From the NCBI GenBank assembly GCA_050287085.1, contig JBNKBE010000009.1:64001-128000 (forward strand): a stretch of DNA of 64,000 nucleotides. The letters are read 5' to 3'. A program made the position numbers and the translations under genes. The notes beneath the pieces are model-generated. The model was given only the letters and a program-made list of their open reading frames with translations, made no database searches and was not told the DNA's origin. Position 1 is the first letter of the stretch. Each line of letters begins with the position of its first letter. This DNA comes from Polyangiaceae bacterium. GTDB lineage: Bacteria; Myxococcota_A; Polyangia; Polyangiales; Polyangiaceae. Positions 1 to 11,713 of this stretch are shown here, one piece after another.

Positions 1-2970
1 CTCGCGTTGGTCGGCCTCACTAGCTGCGCACCCGACGAAGCGGAACTGGACGCCGCTCAAGAGGGCAACGTCGACCCCATTCTCGGTGTAGTGCTCGATG
101 GCCTGGGCGAGACGGTCGCCAGTTGCAACGATGGTACCGGCAAGTCGACCGTCGCAAACTACGATACCAGAACCTTCACCTTGACGCTTACTGGCGGCTC
201 CAGCGTGATCAGCGTCGTTGGCGGCGCGATCAGCGTGAACGGCTGGGCCTGCTACGACAACAGCGCCACCCCAGTTGCTCTGACCACGTCCAATGTCGAC
301 AAGATGAACATCATCACCGACACGTCCAGCACGGACAAAGTAGTGATCGACATGCTTCCCGGCGCGTTTGGGACACTGTTCACCAATAAGGGTGGTGTCA
401 CAATCAACATGAAGAACGCCGGCGACACCTTCGCTCTTCGCGGCAGCGACGCGGCAAACAACATGAAGATCGGCGAGTACGACGACGGTACAAACAAGAC
501 GCTCTACGTTGAAGCCTCCGGTGACAAGTACGCCGACATCAAGATCTTCAAAGATAGCGCCAGCACACCGGACACCAACCCCTACACCTTCTTACTGGCA
601 GGTGGAAAGGATACGTTCACCGGTGTCCCCTCAAATATCGAAGCCAAACACATTGACGCAGTAGTCACTGCACTGGACCCAGTGAGCGCAACCTACGAGC
701 TCCACGTCTACGGCGGCGCGGATGACGATACGCTTCAGGGTGGCTTGGGCAACGACGACTTGTACGGTGGCCCCGGCAACGACACCTTCAACTCGGCTGC
801 GACCGCCGACGGCGCCGACAACTACTACGGCGGTGCCGATTCGGACACGGTGAGCTACGCCCTTCGCACTGGCAACGTGACCGCGGACATCAACCCCGGC
901 GTCGCGACGCTCGAGGGTGCTGTCAACATCTTCACCCATACCAGCATGGCCACCACTGCGGAGAACCTGACGCTGGACTGCAACGGAAGCGGCGACGTTA
1001 CGGCTTCCTTTGACTACTCAGATCCGCGCACCGCCATCACCACCATCAACGGTGGAAGCCACGGCTGTACCGTCTTCGCGAACCCCCTGGGCTTCCTCGT
1101 GGTTAAGGCAACCGATCCCGCAGAGGACATCGTCAACGTTGCGGGTGCCGCCGCCACGACCCTGGGCTTCACCGCCACGGCGAAGACCGCCACCACCACG
1201 ACCGACGCCGATGACGGTGAAGCGAGCGAGACAGACGATATCAGCAGCGATGTCGAAAATATCACCGGAGGCGCCGGTGACGACGTGCTGATCGGAAGCA
1301 AGTCGACCAACGTGCTCAGCGGTGGTGACGGAGCGGACACCATCAGCGGCGGACTGGGTGCGTCCGTCTGCGATGCAAGCGACACCGACACCCTCAATGG
1401 CGACGCAGGCGATGACGTCTTCATGATGGGCTCTGGTGTCGATTGCTCCGACATCGTAAACGGTGGCCTGGGCAAAGACCGAGTCGACTACCAATACCGC
1501 AACCAAATCTTGACGATTTCTCTCGGCAACGTGGCTGACGATGGGGAGGCTCTGGAGAAAGATAACATCAAGAGCGACGTCGAGGTCATCTACGGCGGCT
1601 CCAACAACGACAAGATCACCGGTGGTACGGGAGATGAAGAGCTATACGGCGGCTCCGGCAACGACGAACTCCTGGGAGGAGGAGGCGCTGACATTCTGGC
1701 TGGCATGGCGGGCAACGACGTTCTGAATGGCGACGCCGGTGACGACACGTTCAAGGCCGAGGGCAATGCACCCGCTACCATTCTTGCTGTCGATGTCACG
1801 GCCGCGGCCAACAACATGGGCGCCGGAAACGACGTCATGAACGGCGGCGATGGCTCGGATAAGGTGACCTATGCGGGTCGCACTGCGGCGCTCGGGATAA
1901 CCCTTTGCGTCGACACAGTGAACAAGCAGGGCGCTTCCAGCAGCGCAACGCATGCGCAATGTGGTGATGCCGACGGCACCATGGCAGGTGTTACCCTGGA
2001 AGGTAGTATCGACGTCAGCAGCGGCATCAACCTCGCCGGTGAGACGATCGACGTAGTCTTCAAGAGCGTCACCTATACGACTGCAGCGCTCACGGGAACT
2101 CCTGTGGCCGCAAGTGCGATTGCCACCGCCCTAGAGAATGCCGTCGACGGCTCGAGCAATAAGCTCATCACGGCTCTGGGCACTGGCGCCACCATCGCCG
2201 CCAACGCCGACAACCACATGCAGATCGCCTCGGGACTACTCCCGGGCGCTTTGACCCTCAGTGTTTCTGGAGCTGGCGCAGATCTGGTCTTCGGGACCAG
2301 TACCGCGGCGACCACCGCTAGCAACGCATACACGGACCCGGCTTCGGTGGTCACCGACGACCTAACGTCTTTCCCGGCGGTGGGCGTCAAGACACTAACA
2401 GTCGACGTAAACGGAACAACGTACACCGCCGATCTCAGCAGCACAACCGATGCCGCCTCTCTCAAGACGGCAATCGAAGGCGCTACCGATGGCTCGACCA
2501 CTCTTGCCACACTCGGCTTCACCGTAGCCAATGCTTCGAACGTCCTGACTGTGAAGGCACCGGTTGACCGAAACGCGCTTTGGGACTTCACCTTCGGCGG
2601 AACCTATGCAGCTGACATCTTCTCGGGGGCGGTGACCGGCGACAACCGCTCCACCTTGGAGACCGACTCCGTCATCAACATCGAATGGGTCACGGCAGGT
2701 GATGGAGATGACACGGTAACGGGTCACACCGCAGCCGAAACCCTCGAAGGTGGAGCTGGTGCCGATACGCTTAGCGGCGGCGACGGCGACGATACCCTAT
2801 TCGGCGACGGCGGTGCCGACACACTCATCGGCGGCGCAGATGACGACGTGCTCAACGGCGGTGGCGGCGACGATGACTTCGACGCTGGAGCTGGAGACGG
2901 AGACATTTGCAGCCTGGATGCCACCGACACGCAGGACGCAAATAGCCCGCTTGCCTGCGAAATCCAATAA
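1..2970 (+). CDS. Large RTX/hemolysin-type Ca-binding repeat surface lipoprotein (5' end probably outside the window)
   Basis: Frame open from base 1 (LALVGLTSC, lipobox-like LTSC); many GGxGxDxLx nonapeptides; Ala/Thr/Asp/Gly-rich; stop TAA at 2968-2970. Confidence 0.85.
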   Translation, partial: LALVGLTSCAPDEAELDAAQEGNVDPILGVVLDGLGETVASCNDGTGKSTVANYDTRTFTLTLTGGSSVISVVGGAISVNGWACYDNSATPVALTTSNVDKMNIITDTSSTDKVVIDMLPGAFGTLFTNKGGVTINMKNAGDTFALRGSDAANNMKIGEYDDGTNKTLYVEASGDKYADIKIFKDSASTPDTNPYTFLLAGGKDTFTGVPSNIEAKHIDAVVTALDPVSATYELHVYGGADDDTLQGGLGNDDLYGGPGNDTFNSAATADGADNYYGGADSDTVSYALRTGNVTADINPGVATLEGAVNIFTHTSMATTAENLTLDCNGSGDVTASFDYSDPRTAITTINGGSHGCTVFANPLGFLVVKATDPAEDIVNVAGAAATTLGFTATAKTATTTTDADDGEASETDDISSDVENITGGAGDDVLIGSKSTNVLSGGDGADTISGGLGASVCDASDTDTLNGDAGDDVFMMGSGVDCSDIVNGGLGKDRVDYQYRNQILTISLGNVADDGEALEKDNIKSDVEVIYGGSNNDKITGGTGDEELYGGSGNDELLGGGGADILAGMAGNDVLNGDAGDDTFKAEGNAPATILAVDVTAAANNMGAGNDVMNGGDGSDKVTYAGRTAALGITLCVDTVNKQGASSSATHAQCGDADGTMAGVTLEGSIDVSSGINLAGETIDVVFKSVTYTTAALTGTPVAASAIATALENAVDGSSNKLITALGTGATIAANADNHMQIASGLLPGALTLSVSGAGADLVFGTSTAATTASNAYTDPASVVTDDLTSFPAVGVKTLTVDVNGTTYTADLSSTTDAASLKTAIEGATDGSTTLATLGFTVANASNVLTVKAPVDRNALWDFTFGGTYAADIFSGAVTGDNRSTLETDSVINIEWVTAGDGDDTVTGHTAAETLEGGAGADTLSGGDGDDTLFGDGGADTLIGGADDDVLNGGGGDDDFDAGAGDGDICSLDATDTQDANSPLACEIQ

Positions 2971-2992
2971 CCGAGAAACACTTCTCTAGCGC

Positions 2993-3028
2993 GAGACGGT
3001 CGGCAACTTCGCCGGCCGTCTCCTTTTT
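2993..3028 (+). terminator. Rho-independent terminator
   Basis: GAGACGGTCGGC-aacttc-GCCGGCCGTCTC 12-bp stem (one G:U) followed by cTTTTT, 22 nt after the RTX gene stop. Confidence 0.85.
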
Positions 3029-3045
3029 GTGTTTCTCCTAGCGCC

Positions 3046-5037
3046 TCAGTCCTTCCGCTTCGACTTTGCGCTGGACTTCCGCTGCGGCGCGTGGCGACGA
3101 CTGCGGGCGCGCTTCAGTCGCTTGCGCTCCCGAGGCGAGTAGTGCGTGGAATAGACGGCGTACCGACCGCCGAGCTCGCGTACGAGTTTGAGGCTGCCGG
3201 ACCTGATCTCGCCTTCGATAGCACGCTTCTCATCACCGCTACCGCGCTGCCACAACAGGAAGTCTGCGTCGTAGCGGCGTTCACGCAATAGAATGCTTGG
3301 GCAGCGGCCAAGATGGGGAAGCAAAGTGCTTCCGGCGGCTACCACCTGGTCTGAAGACACGCTCCGGCAAAACTCGTCCAAACGCGCGGAGGCCGCTCGT
3401 TTGGACGAGGAGGGTGAACGCTTCAAAGCTCGGAACCCAGCTTTGAACGTGCGATTGGGAACAAGTCCACCGAACTTGGCCGAAGCCACAGACGAGGTCA
3501 CCACCATGGCCGCCAACAGTGCTGGCACCAGAGCACGCCCTGATACCGAGCCCCAACGCAGCGTCTTCAAACGCCCAAGTCCGCCCGCGGTCAGCGCGAA
3601 TACAAAGGGGATAAGCAGCGACGTGTAGTGAAAATGGACGGTCGGCACAAACTCACGCGTTGCTAGCAAACAGAACAGCAACCCATAAACCAGCTGCAAA
3701 CGGCCCGAACGTGCCACGAGAGGCACGAACAGAACAGGCATTGCAAGGAGCAATAGGAATAGGGTCTTCTGCTCAGTCAGCGCGGTTGTTAGCAACACTT
3801 CTGGATTCGTGAAGACCGAGGTGATTAGCTCGGCCGTGCCCCCGCCTTTCGGGACCAAGCTAGAGTAGTAGTAGGCGTAGCCGGTCCCCTTCCCGGGACG
3901 CAACGGATCGGCGCCTTCCATCAGCGCTACCTTGACGAGAACGAAGTAGCCGAGCGCCAGCGACATCGTCAGTGCGCCTCTTGTCGCCGACCCCGGTCGC
4001 TTCGACATGAACACCGAAGCCCCAACTGCGATGGCTAGGAGCGCCACGTCCTCCCGCGTCAGCAGCATCAAAGCGAATATGACCCAGTACAAGCGCTTTC
4101 GGTCCCGCTCAAACGCCCACAGCCACCACAGGGCAATCGGGATCATCAGCGTTAGCGAGTGAAAGTCGTAGAGGTTCGCGCCGTGAAGGGCTGGGTAGAC
4201 GCAAAACAAGGCCGCAAGAACAACGCCTTCCCAGGACCTGAGGCCGTAGTGCAAGCACAACAGACACAGCGGAACCAAACTGCTCGCGAGCCACGCGGAC
4301 TGCAACACCAGCAGCGTCTCGGCTTTTGGATAAAGCAGATAGAGAGGCGACAGCAGCACGAGCAGAGGGTCGAAATGCCCGCTCAGGTGATTGCCACCGC
4401 CACATAAGCTGCAGCCGAGCCAGTCCCCCAAACTCGACCGGCGAAAGATGCTCACGTAGAAGCCGAGATCTGCGCGCCGCGTGTTGAAGCTCAGATGATT
4501 GCCAATGGCAAGCCAAGATAGTAGCGTCGCATAGGCCGCCCCAAGTAGTCCGATGCCCAGCCACGCGGCAGGATGGACGCTAGAGCGCTGGGACTCAGGA
4601 GGTGCCCCTTCAGTTCTTGCTTGCGCAAGGCGCCACGTCGTTGCCGCTACGGGAACGGCTGATGCGAGCCCGAGCGCCAGCACGCGAAATGCGTGCTTGT
4701 CCTCATTTTCCGCGAAAGCAGCTATCAATAGCGGTACGGACAGTCCCCACCCGAGGCGCCATCCAAGCCAGCGACTGGTGTCGAACCAAGCCAGGGTCGG
4801 ATCACGGGAGCCGCGACGGCGATGCACAGCGCAGAACCCCGCGACGGTGCTCAAGAAGGCAGCCAACACCAAGAGGATGCCGCCGTAGCGCGGGTGTAAG
4901 CTCGCTCCTAGATTGGGAAACAACTCGGAGGCGGTGGCCGCCAGGGCCCAACCAAAGCCCAATGGAATGACGTAGGCCGCGTAGCCAGCCTCAGCAAGTC
5001 GTGTGAGGGCTCGCTCAACGCGGGCCGCGGGTTTCAT
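3046..5037 (-). CDS. DUF2079-family polytopic membrane protein (predicted GT-C-like glycosyltransferase)
   Basis: Multiple TM segments; DLGFY, HFDPLLVLLSPLY..P..ETLLVLQ, YDFH and REDVAL motifs; ATGA overlap with lolA. Confidence 0.75.
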   Translation of the reverse strand: MKPAARVERALTRLAEAGYAAYVIPLGFGWALAATASELFPNLGASLHPRYGGILLVLAAFLSTVAGFCAVHRRRGSRDPTLAWFDTSRWLGWRLGWGLSVPLLIAAFAENEDKHAFRVLALGLASAVPVAATTWRLAQARTEGAPPESQRSSVHPAAWLGIGLLGAAYATLLSWLAIGNHLSFNTRRADLGFYVSIFRRSSLGDWLGCSLCGGGNHLSGHFDPLLVLLSPLYLLYPKAETLLVLQSAWLASSLVPLCLLCLHYGLRSWEGVVLAALFCVYPALHGANLYDFHSLTLMIPIALWWLWAFERDRKRLYWVIFALMLLTREDVALLAIAVGASVFMSKRPGSATRGALTMSLALGYFVLVKVALMEGADPLRPGKGTGYAYYYSSLVPKGGGTAELITSVFTNPEVLLTTALTEQKTLFLLLLAMPVLFVPLVARSGRLQLVYGLLFCLLATREFVPTVHFHYTSLLIPFVFALTAGGLGRLKTLRWGSVSGRALVPALLAAMVVTSSVASAKFGGLVPNRTFKAGFRALKRSPSSSKRAASARLDEFCRSVSSDQVVAAGSTLLPHLGRCPSILLRERRYDADFLLWQRGSGDEKRAIEGEIRSGSLKLVRELGGRYAVYSTHYSPRERKRLKRARSRRHAPQRKSSAKSKRKD

Positions 5038-5726
5038 GGCTTGATAATACGTGTTCCGACCGGCGGCGTGTATGCGAATAGCTTCGCATCAACCGGCTGG
5101 TTCACGACCGGCGACACGAAGTCAAAGCGATTCCGGTTCTTCTGGGCGTCGAGCAGCAAAACGCGTCGAACCTGAAAGGTCTCAGCGTCCACATAGAACA
5201 ATATCTTCTGATAGGCAGGAGTTGGACTCTTGGGAGTGCCGAGCAACACATACCCGCTCGGAAACTTCAGCTTGGCCGAGTCCAACTTCTGCAGATCAAA
5301 CGACTCCGCCAAGCGGCCTTCGCCGACCAAGAAGCTCAGTGCCGCGGGGTACTGCGTCTTGTCTACGGTCTGCAGATACATCTGCTGATTCTCTTGCTCG
5401 TACACCTTGAGCTTTGCGCCGTCAGAGACCACGACGTTGCCATTGTTGGTGTACGTCCACCGCATCTTGCCCGGCTTCTGAAAGACAACCTCGCCGCTGC
5501 TATCCTTCGTCTTGTTGTAGGCGTAGATGGTGTAGCGCTGCTTGAACTGAGCCTTGTACGTCTTGGCCGTGTCGTAGAAGCGCTGCACTCGCAGCGCTAT
5601 CTCCGCGGCGGGAATGGCTCCTTGAGCACTAGCCACTGGCTGCGGCTCTGTCGTGGGGGCTGCTGCAACGCGCCACGCAGCGGCAAGAGTGGCGACAACG
5701 ACGGCAATGCTGAACGGACGGATCAT
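5034..5726 (-). CDS. lolA: Outer-membrane lipoprotein carrier protein LolA
   Basis: Signal peptide then AQFKQ..SSGEVVFQKPGKMRWTY..VVVSDG and LFAYTPP; start taken at ATG 5726. Confidence 0.9.
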   Translation of the reverse strand: MIRPFSIAVVVATLAAAWRVAAAPTTEPQPVASAQGAIPAAEIALRVQRFYDTAKTYKAQFKQRYTIYAYNKTKDSSGEVVFQKPGKMRWTYTNNGNVVVSDGAKLKVYEQENQQMYLQTVDKTQYPAALSFLVGEGRLAESFDLQKLDSAKLKFPSGYVLLGTPKSPTPAYQKILFYVDAETFQVRRVLLLDAQKNRNRFDFVSPVVNQPVDAKLFAYTPPVGTRIIKP

Positions 5727-5967
5727 AGGGTTGCTACTAACTACGTGTGGTAGCGCACAGCGTTCCTCAAAAAAAGCCAAAGGCCCTTCCGAAGCGCGTC
5801 GTCCGCAGCCGGAACAACTCATCAGTTAACAGGGGAGCCGTGCGACCTCCCAGTGCAACTTCGGCTGGGCGCGACCGATTTCCCAGCCGACCCAACGGTC
5901 GACCCGCAGCTCCGTGGCGGCGTCGCAGCCCGTCAGAAGGCGTTGAACGCCGGCCAGATCGCTACCT

Positions 5968-6534
5968 TCAGAGGCCACGCCGAGGACGACGACGGGCTTC
6001 CCCAAGCACCTTGAGCAGCTCCGTGTTCCGCTCTCGCCCCGGGTCATCGCGGAGCAACTGCCGCGCGACCGGGGCTCGTCGTACGTGCGTGACCGCGATG
6101 GCAAGAGCATCGGCAGCATCCGCGGGCGGTATTTCCTCCAACCCCAAGAGCATCGAAACCATCCGCGCCACCTGCCCCTTCTCGGCTCGCCCCGAGCCAG
6201 TAACCATGCTCTTGACGCGCGCCGGCGCATACTCGGCCATGGGCACCGCAAAACGCTCCAGCGTGAGAAGCACGACTCCACGGGCGTGACCCAACTTCGC
6301 CGCTGCCTGGGCGTCCTTGTGAAAGAACAGGGATTCGACCGCTCCGACGTCTGGTCTGTAGCATTCAATGACCGAGGCCAACTCATTCGACAGCACCAAA
6401 AGACGCGACGAAAGCGGCCTCTTCTCCCCTGCGCGAATGACCCCGTGACCGATATGGATCATTCGCCGACCCGTCACCCTCACAACGCCCCACCCGAGTA
6501 GGCGAGTGCCCGGATCGATGCCGAGAACGAGCAT
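5968..6534 (-). CDS. ruvC: Holliday junction resolvase RuvC
   Basis: MLVLGIDPG, AVESLF, GSGRAEKGQV, DAADALAIA. Confidence 0.95.
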   Translation of the reverse strand: MLVLGIDPGTRLLGWGVVRVTGRRMIHIGHGVIRAGEKRPLSSRLLVLSNELASVIECYRPDVGAVESLFFHKDAQAAAKLGHARGVVLLTLERFAVPMAEYAPARVKSMVTGSGRAEKGQVARMVSMLLGLEEIPPADAADALAIAVTHVRRAPVARQLLRDDPGRERNTELLKVLGEARRRPRRGL

Positions 6535-6707
6535 GTGGGTTTCATACCCCAGGCTCGGAACAAGTACCAAGATTTTGTTCAGTAGCCGCTGCACGTAAGG
6601 CATCGCTCAAGTGGCTCAGGTCTACCGCTCTGGCGTCCCGAGCTGAATGAGGCTACAGGGCGGTATTGCGTCACTCCTGTGGTGGCGACGCGCAACACGA
6701 ATTCCCA

Positions 6708-7010
6708 ATGAGTCAGCTTTCGCCCAAGCAACGTCAATTTCTCAAAGCCCTGGCCCACGCGCTCAAGCCCGTGGTGCAGATAGGCAACAAAGGCCTCTCC
6801 GACACGTTGGTTGAGCAGATCCGTGCCCAATTGGCGGCCCATGAATTGATCAAGATCCGCTTCAACACGGAGTCGAGTGTGGAGCCCGCAGACGCTACAG
6901 CAGACATAGTGACGCAGACCCGTTCGCAACTGGTGCAACTCACCGGCAGAATGCTAACCGTGTACCGGCGTCACGACGTCAAACCGAAGATCGCGCTCCC
7001 CAGAAGCTAA
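6708..7010 (+). CDS. yhbY: CRM-domain RNA-binding protein YhbY
   Basis: LSPKQRQFLKALAHALKPVVQIGNKGL..HELIKI. Confidence 0.93.
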   Translation: MSQLSPKQRQFLKALAHALKPVVQIGNKGLSDTLVEQIRAQLAAHELIKIRFNTESSVEPADATADIVTQTRSQLVQLTGRMLTVYRRHDVKPKIALPRS

Positions 7011-7016
7011 CTTCGC

Positions 7017-7586
7017 ATGACTACTCCTCGTCCCATTCAAGACGCAGACAACCTGGTTTGGCTTGACCTGGAGATGACCGGGCTCGAAGTAGAGCGCCAG
7101 GTGATACTCCAAGCGGCAGTGATCATTACTAACAGCCAGCTTGAACCGCTTGCTGAACTGGCCGTGGACGTCTGGCAGCCGCCGACAGCATTTGAACACA
7201 TGTCTCCCTTTGTTCAGCAGATGCACGAGGCGACCGGCTTGCTTGCACGGGTGAAGACCTCCACCGTAGACCTTGCCGAGGCCGAGCAGCGACTGCTCAG
7301 GCTCGTGGCTTCGTATTGCCCGATGGGCGCTGTCTTATGCGGCAATAGCATCGGTCAGGATCGCCGTTTCGTCGATCGCTACATGCCGGGCCTGGCGGCG
7401 TATCTCGGCTACCGCATGGTCGACGTAAGCTCCCTCAAAGTGCTCGCCGGCCGCTGGTATGGCGACGCTGCCGTATACCCTAAAAGCAAGACCGGCGCGC
7501 ACGATGCCTTGGTCGACATCAACAACTCGATCAAAGAGCTACGGCACTACCGCGATACGCTCTTCGTAGCGGCTCCGCGCTCGTGA
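7017..7586 (+). CDS. orn: Oligoribonuclease
   Basis: NLVWLDLEMTGL, MH..TGL, CGNSIGQDRRF, DVSSLK, HDALVDI. Confidence 0.95.
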   Translation: MTTPRPIQDADNLVWLDLEMTGLEVERQVILQAAVIITNSQLEPLAELAVDVWQPPTAFEHMSPFVQQMHEATGLLARVKTSTVDLAEAEQRLLRLVASYCPMGAVLCGNSIGQDRRFVDRYMPGLAAYLGYRMVDVSSLKVLAGRWYGDAAVYPKSKTGAHDALVDINNSIKELRHYRDTLFVAAPRS

Positions 7587-7670
7587 AGAGCGCATACCGC
7601 CGCTGGGGTCTCCCGCAGCGTAGCTCCGCGGAACTGCACCCCCTCTGCACCCCAGAGCCAACGGCTCATC

Positions 7671-7940
7671 TCAGCTCACTCGAGCCACACTTCGGGCAAA
7701 TAGGTTGAGCTGTGCGCTCATCCCGTTACGCTCTCCTGCGCACTTGCGCAGTCCTGGACCGGGACGCGCAGCGGCTCGCGGCGACTTGAGCGCCGGGCGC
7801 GCGAGCTCCGCGATGACGTCCGAACGCAGCGGCTCGGGCAGCTCGAGAACCAACTGAGCTGCGAACTCGGGATTGCGACGTGCGGTCGCCAGGATGGTCT
7901 TGAGTCGCGTCGAAGAACAAGCAGACATCTTGGGCCTCAC
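7671..7940 (-). CDS. Small hypothetical protein with a near-C-terminal QLNLF motif
   Basis: 89-aa ORF filling the gap downstream of tcdA on the same strand; no family recognised; start may be ATG 7928. Confidence 0.45.
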   Translation of the reverse strand: MRPKMSACSSTRLKTILATARRNPEFAAQLVLELPEPLRSDVIAELARPALKSPRAAARPGPGLRKCAGERNGMSAQLNLFARSVARVS

Positions 7941-7994
7941 CTTGACACGCGCGAGACGGCGCGGCCAAGTCCTCGACGGCAGACGAAGCTCCCC

Positions 7995-8918
7995 TCATCC
8001 GCGCTGACGAGGATCGGTCGCGATGAGGGCTTTGATCGCAACGCTGGCCGCAGCAAGGCCGAACGCGCCCGTTACGAAAGACGCCGTCCCATCGATTCGA
8101 GCACGACGATCGCAATCGTGCAGACCGTTCTTGCCGCCAGGACAGACGCAACGAAAGCCCCCTTCGTCGTAGCTGAGTTCGTGGGGAGCGATCGGTTCTT
8201 CTACGCTGAACACTGCCGAGACGCCGATCGGGGCGCCACGGGTCGCTTCGATTCCGTGCTGTTGACGCAGGATCTTGCGCAAGGCTCGAGCAAAGGGGTC
8301 CTTGATCGTATTGCTGAGATCGTCGATTCGAATTCGGGTTGGATCCAAGCGGGCGGCAGCCCCCATACAAGAGACGACCGGAATTGCGCGCGACAGACAC
8401 GTCGCAACCAGATGCCCCTTTGCCGTCAAGTTGTCGATCGCGTCGACAACAAAGTCGATCTTCCCCGACAAGATCTCAGCGCTCGTCTCGGCATTGTAGA
8501 ACTTCACCACCGGCTCGATCCGCCCGGTGGGGTGAACCAAACGCAAGCGCTCTGCCATGACTTCGACTTTGCGCCGTCCGACGGTGCCCTTCATCGCGTG
8601 CAGCTGACGGTTGCTATTGGTCACGCACACCTTGTCGAAGTCGACCAGATCAATGTGTCCGACCCCACTGCGAGCCAATGCTTCAGCAGCGAACGACCCG
8701 ACGCCCCCGACCCCCACCACCACGACGCGCGAACGCATCAAGGCATGTAGTCCAGGCTCTGTAAACAGACGCGCGGCTCGATCGAAACGGCGATGGGTCT
8801 TGAGGGGGGTCTCTTCGTCAAAGGCGTCGGTAAGAACGTCCTCGACGAGAGGCAAGCCGCGACCCGCTGCACCAGAGACAGCGGACCGGGTATCAGAAGT
8901 GAGCGGAAGTTGCGCCAA
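7995..8918 (-). CDS. tcdA: tRNA threonylcarbamoyladenosine dehydratase (ThiF/E1-like)
   Basis: VGVGGVGS..EALARSGVG, TNSNRQLHA, VVDAID, MGAAARLDPT, DPFARALRK, VFSVE, SFVTGAFG. Confidence 0.9.
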   Translation of the reverse strand: MAQLPLTSDTRSAVSGAAGRGLPLVEDVLTDAFDEETPLKTHRRFDRAARLFTEPGLHALMRSRVVVVGVGGVGSFAAEALARSGVGHIDLVDFDKVCVTNSNRQLHAMKGTVGRRKVEVMAERLRLVHPTGRIEPVVKFYNAETSAEILSGKIDFVVDAIDNLTAKGHLVATCLSRAIPVVSCMGAAARLDPTRIRIDDLSNTIKDPFARALRKILRQQHGIEATRGAPIGVSAVFSVEEPIAPHELSYDEGGFRCVCPGGKNGLHDCDRRARIDGTASFVTGAFGLAAASVAIKALIATDPRQRG

Positions 8919-8993
8919 GAGTGTCTGCCTTTGTAGCCGCTCAGACCAACCGCTGGTGATGGGTCAACCCGAGAAGGAGCGGCTCGGAAAGTC

Positions 8994-9784
8994 CTATGCT
9001 TTGGCCTTCTTACGCAACGGTGGCAGCTCGCGCTCAGTTGCGATCGAATGCAAGAAATCGCGATTCATGCGAGCGATGAAGCTCACCGGAATACCCTTTG
9101 GGCAAGCCGCCTCGCACTCGTTGTGGTTGGTACAATGCCCAAACCCCTCGACCTCCATCTGACTGGCCATCTTGAGGACCCGCGTACTCCGTTCGATCTG
9201 TCCTTGCGGCATCAAGCCCAGGTGACCGATCTTGGCTGCGGTGAACAAGCTCGCCGAGGCATTGGGACACGCGGCGACACACGCCCCACAGCCGATACAG
9301 GCCGCCGCATCCATCGCTAGATCGGCGTCCGCTTTCGCAATAAGCTGCTCGTTGGCGTCCTGCGCGCTGCCGGTCCGCGCCGAGATATAGCCTCCCGCCT
9401 GAATGATCGCATCGAAAGAACTGCGATCCACAATCAGGTCTTTGATCACGGGAAAGGCTGCGGCGCGCCACGGCTCCAGATAGAGCTCATCGCCGTCCTT
9501 GAACTTGCGCATGTGCAACTGACACGTCGTGGTGAGCTTCTGGGGTCCATGGGGCTCCCCATTGATCACCATCCCGCAAGCGCCACAGATCCCCTCACGG
9601 CAGTCGTGATCGAAGGCTATGGGCTCCTTGCCCTCTGTGATCAGCCCCTCGTTGACGACGTCGAGCATTTCCAAGAACGACATGTGCTCAGAAACGTTCG
9701 ACGCAATGTAGGTTTCAAAGCGCCCGCTGTCTGTGGGCCCGCTTTGGCGCCAGACGTGCAGGGTGAGCTTCATGAGGCGCTCGC

Positions 9785-9788
<4 letters not shown>
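8994..9788 (-). CDS. sdhB: Succinate dehydrogenase/fumarate reductase iron-sulfur subunit
   Basis: [41 protein letters not shown] overlap with the sdhA stop. Confidence 0.95.

Positions 9789-11712
<1,924 letters not shown>

Positions 11713-11713
<1 letters not shown>

Noticed and set aside
5968..6534. ruvC as a mobile-element or Cas nuclease
   Set aside because: It is a canonical stand-alone cellular RuvC in size and motifs, even though ruvAB are not adjacent.
7590..7670. ctgcacccc direct repeat and small hairpins as an att site or tRNA remnant
   Set aside because: No cloverleaf, no integrase and no second att copy were seen.
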